NCBI GenBank assembly: GCA_003649205.1
Contig: QMRC01000002.1
Location: 1-64,000 of the forward strand
Length of the DNA: 64,000 nt
From: Thermoprotei archaeon
GTDB taxonomy: Archaea > Thermoproteota > Thermoprotei > Thermoproteales > B15-G16
Reading direction: 5' to 3'
This document shows positions 47,695 through 56,946 of this stretch, one piece after another. Positions within the stretch are counted from its first letter, which is position 1. Every line of letters starts with the position of its first letter. The translations under genes were made by a program, and so were the position numbers. The notes below the pieces were generated by a model. It saw only the letters and a list, made by a program, of their open reading frames with translations. It had not been told where the DNA came from and did no database searches.

Positions 47695-48321
47695 ATGAAG
47701 ATCAAAATCATAACTCACTGCAGCAAGAGGAAAAGGTACACGCTAAGCAATAGTGGAATCACACCAACACTAGATCTAGCAAAGGAAATTGAGTACAGGA
47801 CACTACTGAAACACCTCGTACTACCTGCTATCGAAATGTATACGGGACCACACGTGAAGGTACTTAGAGGACTTAAGAACAAGCTAGAGAACTTAGGTCA
47901 CGACTGTGAGATCTACTTCGTATCAGCGAGATACGGCTTAATCAACTCTACTCAACACATTATACCCTATGAAGCACATCTGAAACAAGTCAAGGACCTA
48001 CGTACATGGATTGAGGAGAGAAATGTAAGAAGTAAGTTGAGAGCAGTACTCCATCGATGTAACGTGCTAGTAATCGCTCTAACGAGTACATACCTCAAGG
48101 TACTACAGCAGTGTAGTGATGTACTTGCCAGCAATACACCTCCACACATTTGGCTCATCGCGCCTCAGAGCTGGATCAAGACATTTGAGAACCTAGTCCC
48201 CAAGTCCTCCCTAAAGAGGGTATACACCTTCAAAACATACGGTCAATTCCTAAAATGCCTGAAGCTCATGTGTGATGAGTTGATTAACGAACTAAGGAAA
48301 GCCCCTAACCGTACGCCTTAG
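47695..48321 (+). CDS. YaaA/DUF6884-like protein
   Basis: Motifs ITHCSKRK, PAIEMYTG, FVSARYGLI and IIPYE. Confidence 0.7.
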   Translation: MKIKIITHCSKRKRYTLSNSGITPTLDLAKEIEYRTLLKHLVLPAIEMYTGPHVKVLRGLKNKLENLGHDCEIYFVSARYGLINSTQHIIPYEAHLKQVKDLRTWIEERNVRSKLRAVLHRCNVLVIALTSTYLKVLQQCSDVLASNTPPHIWLIAPQSWIKTFENLVPKSSLKRVYTFKTYGQFLKCLKLMCDELINELRKAPNRTP

Positions 48322-48407
48322 AACGTGAGGGATTCTACGTAAGGTGCAACTCACATTCCGTGAACTTCATAGAGAAACGTATTTCTACTCGAAACTCATC
48401 ACTTCAC

Positions 48408-48487
48408 ATGCCCCGCTTACCTCACGCGGTTCTGAGACCTAGGTTTAGGGATGAAGATGAGGACCGACGGTCAGGCGGGGTACACAT
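48408..48487 (+). ncRNA. H/ACA-like K-turn hairpin RNA
   Basis: Basal stem tgccccgc/gcggggta, upper stem cggtt/gaccg, K-turn CTGA...GATGA and a 3' ACA. Confidence 0.65.
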
Positions 48488-49474
48488 TCATCCTCTCTTC
48501 AACCTATGGCTAACGACTTCATCCCTGAATACACCAATGAGAGGCTCCTTGAGTTCAGGACTTAAGAATCCATGAAGCATACCTTCAGTATTAAATGCCA
48601 CACCAATCCTACCTCTCACATCAACTACTATGACACCAGCAGTATTATCACCAAATAGCTTGGTCAACTCCTCAATAACTACCGTTGCTGCATCCTGTGG
48701 ATGATAGCCTCTCCTCACCAGGTCACATACTCGATAGCATAGGCAGAACCTCATTATGTACTCCCCAACGCCTGTTGCGGATGCAGCTGCACAAGAGTTA
48801 TCAGCATAGAAACCCGCACCAGGTACCGCGCTATCACCAACGCGACCAGGTAACTTCAACCAGTAACCACCTGTAGACACAGCTGCTGCTACATTACCAC
48901 TCCTATCGAGAGCCACAGCACCAACAGTATCCTGTACAATACCGAGTAACTTAGCCAACTCAACATTCCTACGAAGCCAGGTAAAACCACGACCCTCAAC
49001 CCACTCCCTCAAATACCTCTCAAATCGCTGAAGTCGATCTCCATCAATAACATGCTCCTGATACTGACCAAATACCTTCGCTAACCACTCAGCACCTGCA
49101 CCAACAACAAGTACATGATCTGTACGCTCCATAACAGCTCGAGCAAGCTTAATTGGGTTTCTCACATTACGGACAGCAGCAACAGCACCTACACTCAAAT
49201 CGCGACCCCACATAACCCCAGCATCCATCTCTACCTCCCTCCTAAGATTGAGCGCAGAGCCACGACCAGCATTAAAGAGACCAGAATCCTCAAGACGAGC
49301 AACAGCCTCAACAACAGCATCTAATGCAGAACCACTCTTCAAAACCTCAAAACCCACCTCAATTGCTTCACGAAGAACCCTCCTACACTCAAGCAACCTC
49401 TCCTTAGGAACCCTCCTCCATCTACCAGCACCACCATGAACCAAGATACAGGGCACAGAACCCATAGCAATCAC
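48488..49474 (-). CDS. Isoaspartyl peptidase/L-asparaginase (Ntn hydrolase)
   Basis: Motifs VHGGAG, FNAGRGS, EMDA, DTVGAVA, STGG and GRVGDS. Confidence 0.94.
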   Translation of the reverse strand: MIAMGSVPCILVHGGAGRWRRVPKERLLECRRVLREAIEVGFEVLKSGSALDAVVEAVARLEDSGLFNAGRGSALNLRREVEMDAGVMWGRDLSVGAVAAVRNVRNPIKLARAVMERTDHVLVVGAGAEWLAKVFGQYQEHVIDGDRLQRFERYLREWVEGRGFTWLRRNVELAKLLGIVQDTVGAVALDRSGNVAAAVSTGGYWLKLPGRVGDSAVPGAGFYADNSCAAASATGVGEYIMRFCLCYRVCDLVRRGYHPQDAATVVIEELTKLFGDNTAGVIVVDVRGRIGVAFNTEGMLHGFLSPELKEPLIGVFRDEVVSHRLKRG

Positions 49475-50044
49475 CTAGGTAATCTTAACCGTGAACGATA
49501 CGCCAGCAGGATCTAGCTGAAGAACTGTAGTCAAGTACCTCTGAAAGTCCATGACACACCTGAGGTACTCAGCAAATACGTAAAGTCTAGGCCAGAGAAC
49601 ATTATGAGCAAGTACCAAGCTACCTCGAAGCAACTTACCTTCAGCGCACTTCAAGTAATCTAGATACTCCTCCTTCTTAGCGTCGAGAAAGAGCAGAGCT
49701 ATGGGACGTATCAAGGCCTTCAGAATGTACTTAACATCACCACGAACAACATCAATAAATACGTCAAGACCAAGCTCACGAGCTTTAGCTCTCAAGAACT
49801 TCAACTTCTCCCTACACACCTCAATACCCAGAACCCTACCAAGACCACCAGTGGAGACACCTAATGCGAGAAACAACGTAGAAACACCGTAACCAGCACC
49901 AACATCAACAATCAATCCTCGACACCCACGTAGTATAGCAGCACAGCAAAGGAACACACCAGTACTCGGAGGTACAGGACTACCTCTGCGACTACAGACT
50001 TCAGCATAGTAATCAATCAACTTCTGAAGAACCTCACGAAACAT
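49475..50044 (-). CDS. Class I SAM-dependent O-methyltransferase
   Basis: Motifs VDVGAGYGVSTL, FLDAKKEEY and LAHNV. Confidence 0.85.
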   Translation of the reverse strand: MFREVLQKLIDYYAEVCSRRGSPVPPSTGVFLCCAAILRGCRGLIVDVGAGYGVSTLFLALGVSTGGLGRVLGIEVCREKLKFLRAKARELGLDVFIDVVRGDVKYILKALIRPIALLFLDAKKEEYLDYLKCAEGKLLRGSLVLAHNVLWPRLYVFAEYLRCVMDFQRYLTTVLQLDPAGVSFTVKIT

Positions 50045-50385
50045 ACCTGGTTAGAGAAACGAGGAGGTACTAATGTCAATTACTCACATACAAAATTCAA
50101 GCGATTTTAACTTCCATGATCGTAGATAAACACCACAGTAAACCTTAGAGTAGGGAGAATCCATGAGGAAATGCCTGACGTAGTGTCTACAACTGTTAGA
50201 AAGCTTATGAGAAGAGCACTGTACTAAGCATCTTCTACATACTTCTCTGGATTGCTAGAGGGAACACACTACTTAAGGTAGTTCTGGTCTTAGCATTCCT
50301 CGTAGTTGTAGCTACGTTCTTCAATCACCTACTTAGACCTCTAATTCACATAGGAGAGGTACGGCACCTCTTACTCAGTAGACCA

Positions 50386-50706
50386 GTGCCAAAAGTACGC
50401 TACCTTAAGCTCACGAGCTTCATAGTGAGCGTCTTCGGTCTAAGCGCTATTACTGCGGTAATCCTACATTTAGAGTACTACGCTACTATCTTCGGTATAG
50501 TCGCAACAGCACTAGCAGTAGCTATACTCTTGACTCTCTACCTACGGTCACGTAACTTAGCTGATGTACCTGAGTTCATAGCTACAGCCGCATTAGTGAT
50601 AGCAGTCATCCTCTACCTGGTAACTCCAGGAATGGTCTTACCTGCAGTAACCCTACTATTTGCTACTGCGTCACTAATCTCGTGGTGGTATTTCTGGAGA
50701 ATGTGA
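50386..50706 (+). CDS. Small multi-TM membrane protein
   Basis: Four hydrophobic segments. May be the 3' part of a longer broken gene. Confidence 0.6.
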   Translation: MPKVRYLKLTSFIVSVFGLSAITAVILHLEYYATIFGIVATALAVAILLTLYLRSRNLADVPEFIATAALVIAVILYLVTPGMVLPAVTLLFATASLISWWYFWRM

Positions 50707-51008
50707 AGAAGTTACTTGAGTACAGGGAAGTAGTGAATCCATATAGATTAGCGATACTAGTAGCTGTGTACATCTCAGGAAAATTGACATTCACTGATCT
50801 GTCCAAGCTAGTTAACCTAAGTAAAGCAAATCTAGATTACCACCTCAAGGTATTGGAGAGAAGTAACCTCATTCAGCGGAGAAAGTACATCACAGTGCTA
50901 GGACCTAGAACCTTCATAGTGTTAACGGAGAAGGGTAGGAGAGTCGTGAAGGAGCTAATCAAGTTATTTAAGGACTTAAGTTCATCAATGCAGTACTGTG
51001 AAGGTTAG
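50682..51008 (+). CDS. ArsR/MarR-type wHTH regulator
   Basis: NPYRLAIL...FTDLSKLVNLSKANLDYHLKVLE...PRT...LTEKG. Confidence 0.85.
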   Translation: MVVFLENVKKLLEYREVVNPYRLAILVAVYISGKLTFTDLSKLVNLSKANLDYHLKVLERSNLIQRRKYITVLGPRTFIVLTEKGRRVVKELIKLFKDLSSSMQYCEG

Positions 51009-51940
51009 GAGTATGTACAGTTACATCGTACATTAGACCAATTGCTATCTCTCGTACCAGGGTACAGACCCAACCTCCTCCACATATCTAGAGTCTCCTT
51101 ACACAATGCATACTCAACACCGTAACTCCTAACGATGTCAATAATCAGTGAGTAAATCCTAAACCTCTCTTCTGGATCCACAACAAGACCCCAACCTTCC
51201 CACTTTCTCAAGTACTTCATCCACGAAGAATCCTCGTAGAGACCTCTCCTAATAGCAGCTACGACACGAGGTGTAGCTCTCAGTGTACCTACAGTAACTC
51301 TCTTCAACTCATCAACATAGCTAAGGAACCAATGAAGGAAATCACCGTAATACCTCTCCCATCCAGGTACAGGAATAACAGGATCTAACCTCACTCTCAC
51401 CTCAAAACCTCTCTTAGCTAAGGACTTAAGAGCACATACCCTATCCTGAGGACTAGGAGCAGCTCTCTCATACAACCTAGCAACTTCGGGTGCATTCAAG
51501 CTATACGATACAACTACGACCTCTCTACACCTATCATTGAGCTTCAGGAGCTTCTCAATTACAGTGCTCTTAGTCACGAAGAGTAACCTATACTCAACAC
51601 CGTACTCCACATTCAGTTCATGAACTGTCTTCGCTAAGAAGTGTGAGAGAGGTGGATCTAGGCTCTCAGCAGCTAAGCTATCAGCTAGTTCACCAGCATT
51701 CAACATCACCTCCCGTAGACTAGAGCTACACTTCCTGTAGAACTTCTCTAGACACCTCCTAAGCTCAGGGTATGGAGCTAGCTTGAGGACACCAGGAACC
51801 CTACCGTAAGCTCTCATGTAGCAGTACAGACAGTTATGAGGGCACCCTACACCCCACTTAAGTACGTAGTGAGGAGGACAAACGACAGGAGAGAACCTAT
51901 ATTCCTCAACCCTAGGCCTATAGCTGAAGACCAATTTCAT
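51005..51940 (-). CDS. Spore-photoproduct-lyase-like radical SAM protein
   Basis: Motifs GCPHNCLYCY, GELADSL, YSLN and RLDPVIP. Confidence 0.85.
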   Translation of the reverse strand: MKLVFSYRPRVEEYRFSPVVCPPHYVLKWGVGCPHNCLYCYMRAYGRVPGVLKLAPYPELRRCLEKFYRKCSSSLREVMLNAGELADSLAAESLDPPLSHFLAKTVHELNVEYGVEYRLLFVTKSTVIEKLLKLNDRCREVVVVSYSLNAPEVARLYERAAPSPQDRVCALKSLAKRGFEVRVRLDPVIPVPGWERYYGDFLHWFLSYVDELKRVTVGTLRATPRVVAAIRRGLYEDSSWMKYLRKWEGWGLVVDPEERFRIYSLIIDIVRSYGVEYALCKETLDMWRRLGLYPGTRDSNWSNVRCNCTYS

Positions 51941-51972
51941 ACCCGTAACAATCCTCTAAACAACTCAAGAAC

Positions 51973-52770
51973 TTAATCACCTATACTCAACGTATCCCCA
52001 CAAAGCAATTCAATCACCTTACTACCAAAGACCTTACGACATACCTCAATACCAACATCACCACTACAGTGCAGTGGACAAATAGCACCCGTAAACTCTC
52101 TTAACTTCAACACCTTCTGCTTAGCAATCTCAGGAGTACCGTACACGAGATGGAGACCACCAATGAGATAAGTAACCTCATCCCTACCAAGTACCTGCGA
52201 AACAACACCTCTCAAATCCTCTACATTATAGTGAAAACAACCTGTAATCAAGACCGTAGTACCTGAACTCAACTCAATTAATATAGGAATCTCGAGTAAG
52301 TTAGGTTCATCCGTTAGAAGAGGTCTCAGCACGAAGAAACCAGGCATTAACTCAGTACTTCCCTTAATCCTCGTTACCACCTCACGACTAGAGATGCCCT
52401 GTCTCCTAAGTACTTCACCAGCTCTAGACGTCAGTATAGGACCATACACCCTCGCACCTGGACATATAGACGTTACGAGCTTTGGTAAAGCACCATAGTG
52501 ATCGATGTGCCAGTGAGTAATGACAATGGTAGATACCTTACTGAGATCTACATCTAGAACACTAGCATTATGCGTTAAATTCCTCCAATCACGACTAGTG
52601 TCGACAAGTACGTACTCACTACAACTATCGTACTCAAGATCTAGAAATAGCGCTAAACCTACAGCTCCTGGATGTGTAGATCCTCTAAACTCAGTTCTCA
52701 ACCTACTGTGCCTCGCTCTATAATCGACTAGTACAGTTAATTTCACACTACGAGGTTTCTCACTCATCAC
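51973..52770 (-). CDS. MBL-fold metallo-hydrolase (COG1237-like)
   Basis: Motifs THWHIDHYG, ITGCFH, IGGLHL and PLHCSG. Confidence 0.88.
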   Translation of the reverse strand: MMSEKPRSVKLTVLVDYRARHSRLRTEFRGSTHPGAVGLALFLDLEYDSCSEYVLVDTSRDWRNLTHNASVLDVDLSKVSTIVITHWHIDHYGALPKLVTSICPGARVYGPILTSRAGEVLRRQGISSREVVTRIKGSTELMPGFFVLRPLLTDEPNLLEIPILIELSSGTTVLITGCFHYNVEDLRGVVSQVLGRDEVTYLIGGLHLVYGTPEIAKQKVLKLREFTGAICPLHCSGDVGIEVCRKVFGSKVIELLCGDTLSIGD

Positions 52771-52847
52771 TAAATCAACGAGCCTCAGGTACTTAGCACT
52801 TCACTAAAGACGTAAAGTTTTAACTACAGTCAAGGAAACTTTACATC

Positions 52848-53255
52848 ATGGGTGCCTCAATGGAAGGTAGGAGAATGATGTACCTACTCACCATAGCTCT
52901 AGGAGCAGTGCTAGGAGTGTTGATCGCCTTGAAAATGTATGTACTGTTCCTAGTGACCTTTGCTCTGGGTCTCGTACTACGCCATGCATTGGAGAGGTAC
53001 TTCAGGAAGAGAGGTGAGGTACTGTACGATGAACGTGATTACTTCGTAATGTACAAAGCAGCATACGTAACGCTGATGTTCATCTTCGTAGGTCTAGGTC
53101 CAGGCATCGCTGTAGTAATTGTACTCAGAGGTTTAGGATTAGTAGCACTAACTGCAGAGCAAGAGCTAGTTCTGTGTACACTAGCTATCTTAGTATCGAT
53201 TCAGGTACTCATATACACGATATCGAACTTAATACTTCGTAGACTTCACGGGTAG
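52848..53255 (+). CDS. DUF2178-like membrane protein
   Basis: TM helices with a DERD motif, upstream of an XRE regulator. Confidence 0.75.
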   Translation: MGASMEGRRMMYLLTIALGAVLGVLIALKMYVLFLVTFALGLVLRHALERYFRKRGEVLYDERDYFVMYKAAYVTLMFIFVGLGPGIAVVIVLRGLGLVALTAEQELVLCTLAILVSIQVLIYTISNLILRRLHG

Positions 53256-53267
53256 TGGGAGCTAAGT

Positions 53268-53492
53268 ATGAAAAGTCGTGGAAAGGAGAAGGTAGTAGTA
53301 CTCCTTAGAGACTACAGGTTACAGAGAGGAATAACACAGGAGGAACTAGCTAAAGCACTTGGAGTTACTAGGCAAACAATCATAGCGATTGAAAAGGGTA
53401 AGTACCTACCCTCACTACCACTAGCACTTAAGATAGCGAAATACTTTGGAGTCCACGTAGAGGATATTTTCAAACTGATCGAGGAAGAATGA
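53268..53492 (+). CDS. XRE/Cro HTH transcription regulator
   Basis: [38 protein letters not shown]. Confidence 0.93.
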   Translation: MKSRGKEKVVVLLRDYRLQRGITQEELAKALGVTRQTIIAIEKGKYLPSLPLALKIAKYFGVHVEDIFKLIEEE

Positions 53493-53773
53493 GGCATGAA
53501 GTTGAGAACCTCACTAAGTACTATACTCAACAACTCACTGAGCCTTAGGACTAGTTCTGAAATTATTAAGTACTTTGCATGATTGAGACCAGTAGCGTAA
53601 CTAGATGGAAAACCAACTCAAGATCAAAGTTTCACAACATTGCACTCTGGAAATAGACATGAAATGTCATGCTTAACTACTGAATGAGAGTAAGCGAAAG
53701 TGTACATATGAAAAGCATTATGAAGGATGTAAAATGCGAAAATGAAAAGTTTATAAATTATGCATAACATCAT

Positions 53774-53878
53774 GCACGAGGGCGAGGGGGTAAGGGTCAG
53801 CCTCCGAGCCTAGGCCATCTCCCTTGCGGGGTCTCCCTGCTAGGCCGTCATCATCCCCCGAGGAGCCCCGCCTCGTGC
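53774..53878 (-). ncRNA. Unclassified GC-rich structured RNA with K-turn (C/D motif)
   Basis: Terminal stem gcacgagg/cctcgtgc, gggATGATGA...CTGAccc K-turn, internal ggcctag/ctaggct stem and a GCAA-capped hairpin. GC island in AT-rich flanks, with a BRE/TATA-like AAAAAGGACTTAAG about 25 nt upstream. Confidence 0.7.
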
Positions 53879-53990
53879 TCTACCCATACCCTCCAAGCTT
53901 GCTTAAGTCCTTTTTGCTGAATTAAAGTAACATTTCCTCTGGACTATAGGGCGGGTCTTGGTGTTCTCTGCCTGTGTTTCATGTCCGCTT

Positions 53991-54759
53991 TTAAGTCCTT
54001 GAGAATAGTTTCGACAGGTACTCTGGGTGTTCCTCTAGGTACTTGAGCAGTGCCTCTATTAGCTCTGCGTACTTCCGTACCTGTTCCTCTTTGCCTAATA
54101 CCGACGCAATATCTAGAGCTAGACCACAGTACGGACAAAATCTAGCCCCCTGTGTTACCTCCCTATTACACCTCGGGCACTTACGAGTCTGAATATCTGT
54201 CTCTGATGTAGTGACAACTATCTCGAATTCGTGCTTGTTCTCACGAACATCACTTACCTTACCTGTCTAAGCTCCCTCAACCTCAGACCTGTCTCATACA
54301 GCACAACGAAAAAGCACTTCCAGTAGGGGTCATGAATCATCTCAATGACCTTTCTCGCTACCTCAGGCTCAACGTGTCGCCTAACACTGACCTCAACCAA
54401 GTCGTACTTAGGTACCTTAACCTCACGGTACACCTGCTCAAAGTAATTAGCTAACTCAACTCTTCTCCTAGCCCTGTACTAAGCTATGAGGAACCTCAGG
54501 AACTTCTTCAATGCTGAAGCATAGCGATTAACAGCAGGTGCCCTACCTTCTCTCCTAGGCTCAGACAGGTACTACATGATACCCCACTCACACAAGCCCT
54601 CGACTCTCTGACCAACGAACCCGAGGTACATACTTGCTCAAGATAGCAGTGAATAATGCTCCACGACAAATTCTGAGAAATTAACCAACTCTCAAGTGCT
54701 TTAACCAACTCCGTCAGGAGATCTTCGTCATACATCTGGTAAGTAGGACTACTAGGCAT
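53991..54759 (-). pseudogene. Decayed tyrosine recombinase/integrase with C-terminal zinc ribbon
   Basis: Manual translation across frameshifts gives NRYASALKKFLRFL, VLYETGLRLREL and KCPRCNREVTQGARFCPYCGLAL. It has an internal stop, and the HxLRH/Tyr segment is deleted. Confidence 0.8.
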
Positions 54760-54781
54760 GAATCCCTTCACGAGAACTTAA

Positions 54782-54833
54782 TCAGTCGGAGTCACCTTCT
54801 TCACCATTCCGTAATGCGCGAAACCCTCATCAC
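54782..54833 (-). ncRNA. C/D box sRNA
   Basis: GTGATGA-gggtttcgcgcatta-CGGA-atg-GTGAAGA-aggtgactccga-CTGA. Confidence 0.88.
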
Positions 54834-54914
54834 CTAGCTAGATCACGAATTGTAGTGTAAAAACCTATCGTAGTCCCAACTCCTTCTAGTCACGATAGAT
54901 GGATAGATATTAGG

Positions 54915-55442
54915 GTGTGTGTAGTTAATTTAACTGGAGATGTCTTAATGAGTTTGTCCGAGAAGTTTCTCAATAAGTCATTAAGAGAGTTGTTGGAGGA
55001 ACATCCTGAGGTAGTTATTCCTACAGTTTACGTTCACGAAAGAACGAAGCTCAGTGATGTAGTGTCACTACTACTGTCATCGGAGGTAGAGCTAGTTGTC
55101 GTAACTGATAATCAGGGTAGACCTAGAGGTATCATAGCTGATCACGATATTCTCCGACTAGTTGAACCAGGGAGGAGAGCGCTATTCTCACTATCATCAA
55201 TGAGGAGAAGACACTTCAGATACCACCCAGATCTCTCAGCTGCAGATGTAATGGAGAGAAATCCACCAACCCTACACTACAGTGATCGAGTTAGGGATCT
55301 CCTAGATGTTATAACACATCACAGAGTAAATTACGTAATAGTTGTCGACGATGTTGGTAGACCAGTGGGTGTAGTGTCCTCTAGACACGTAACTAGAGGA
55401 GTCTTAAGTAGATTGAGGGAACCTGAAGAAGCGAGTTACTGA
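54915..55442 (+). CDS. CBS-domain pair protein
   Basis: Two CBS repeats (VVTDNQGRPRGII and IVVDDVGRPVGVVS). The start is probably at MSLSEK. Confidence 0.88.
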   Translation: MCVVNLTGDVLMSLSEKFLNKSLRELLEEHPEVVIPTVYVHERTKLSDVVSLLLSSEVELVVVTDNQGRPRGIIADHDILRLVEPGRRALFSLSSMRRRHFRYHPDLSAADVMERNPPTLHYSDRVRDLLDVITHHRVNYVIVVDDVGRPVGVVSSRHVTRGVLSRLREPEEASY

Positions 55443-56824
55443 TCTCCCTTCCACTTCCTAGCTACCTCAATGAGTTTACGCACAACATCTCCTGCATCTT
55501 TGCCGAAGATGTATATGTGAGGTTCCTTACCCCAATCACCATAGTCAATTACCGCATCAGGTACGTACCCCACCTTCTTGATAGCTGTCTCGATACCCCA
55601 AGGTATTGAAGCACCCTCAGTAGCCTTAACATGCTCTGGTTCCTCTGCTCTATTGAATGACGATATTCTGTAGCCTAACTCCTTAAGCACCCTCACCAAC
55701 TCCTCACAGTACACTATATTCGCACAGGACCTAACTTCAGGATTGAACTTCATAGCTGTTAAAACAGCTCTAGCAACGTGCCTAGAAGCACCGAAGTCAG
55801 GAGCTGAAACAGCTTTAACTCTACCACCAACCCTAACAATCCTACCTGGAATACCGACAACATCCTGAATAGACTTAGCGTACGGATGAGGTAAAGCTTC
55901 AACTAAGTTCATTTGGACCTCTGGTACGAGACAAGAGACAACATCACCGTATCTCTCCAAAAGCTCAACAGCACACTTAACACTACACAAAACTCTGTAC
56001 CTCAGAGCATCCCTCTCAAGAGGAGCAAGAACATTAACAACACTATACTCGGTACCTAAGGCAATAGGGTATGAGTACTGTATCATCGTGTCGAGGAGAG
56101 AAGTACTAGCCTCAACAGCATCGACAACACCCATACCCTTAGCTAAGTGACTAGCTACTAGCGAAGACAAGACACAACCAATTCCATGAAACTTCACACC
56201 TACCCTAGTATGTTCGAAGAACTTAACAACACCACTACCCCTATCGTAGAGAACATCAATTACCTTCGACGAAGTAGGTAAATGACCACCCTTAATCAAA
56301 ACAGCTCTAGGCCCTAACTCCGTCAAGTACTTAGCAACCTCAACCACATCATCAATACCCTCAATAGATCTACCCGACAACAACTCCGCCTCCTCAATAT
56401 TTGGTGTCAGCACGGTAATGTAGCTACCCAACTCCCTCAGTAAGTATTGAAGAACTTCAAGAGGTGTCAAAGTAGTACCATCCCTAGCTCTGTGAATTGG
56501 ATCAACAACGAGAGGACACTTCAGCTCAGTTACCAGATCACGAACAAGATCAACACAGTGCCTAGACCTAATTACACCAACCTTAATACACTTAATTTCG
56601 AGGCACTTAGTCACTGAATTAACTATTTCTCTTTGGACCTTATGATCAACATCATAGACAGCATACACCCTATCGAGGTCCTGAACAACAATACACGTTG
56701 GAACCACAACTGCGTAAACACCAACAATCCTACACGTAAGTACATCAGCTACATAACCAGCACCACAACTAGGATCAAAACCAGCAACTACGAGAACAGT
56801 AGGTACATTCAAAGTAATCACCAC
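55436..56824 (-). CDS. thiD: Bifunctional HMP/HMP-P kinase-thiamine phosphate synthase ThiDN
   Basis: ThiD motifs AGFDPSCGAG, LTPNIEEA, IKGGH and HGIGC, plus ThiN motifs VPEVQMN, FGASRHVA and GDWGKEP. Confidence 0.93.
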   Translation of the reverse strand: MVITLNVPTVLVVAGFDPSCGAGYVADVLTCRIVGVYAVVVPTCIVVQDLDRVYAVYDVDHKVQREIVNSVTKCLEIKCIKVGVIRSRHCVDLVRDLVTELKCPLVVDPIHRARDGTTLTPLEVLQYLLRELGSYITVLTPNIEEAELLSGRSIEGIDDVVEVAKYLTELGPRAVLIKGGHLPTSSKVIDVLYDRGSGVVKFFEHTRVGVKFHGIGCVLSSLVASHLAKGMGVVDAVEASTSLLDTMIQYSYPIALGTEYSVVNVLAPLERDALRYRVLCSVKCAVELLERYGDVVSCLVPEVQMNLVEALPHPYAKSIQDVVGIPGRIVRVGGRVKAVSAPDFGASRHVARAVLTAMKFNPEVRSCANIVYCEELVRVLKELGYRISSFNRAEEPEHVKATEGASIPWGIETAIKKVGYVPDAVIDYGDWGKEPHIYIFGKDAGDVVRKLIEVARKWKGDQ

Positions 56825-56884
56825 ACTACAGCTCTAAAGTAGGTGAACTACGAGATTGGTGTGAGAACAGATATAAATAGGAGG

Positions 56885-56946
56885 TGTCAGCCGGGAGTGA
56901 CCCGCAACCCCTCACTCTGCCGCATTAAGCGGCTGTCAGGAGCGGC
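56885..56946 (-). ncRNA. K-turn/H/ACA-like small RNA
   Basis: GCCG-CTC-CTGA-ca-GCCGC-ttaat-GCGGC-ag-AGTGA-GGGG-ttgcgggtcactcc-CGGC-tg-ACA, with TTTAAG about 25 nt upstream. Confidence 0.6.

Noticed and set aside
53774-53878. 5S rRNA, SRP RNA or short (type T) RNase P RNA
   Set aside because: It lacks 5S loop motifs (e.g. CCGAAC), the SRP helix-8 motif and the RNase P GAGGAA..UCC P4 element, and it is too short for the latter two.
54508-54771. 87-aa and 64-aa (53944-54138) minus-strand ORFs as independent genes
   Set aside because: They are better explained as fragments or off-frames of the integrase pseudogene.
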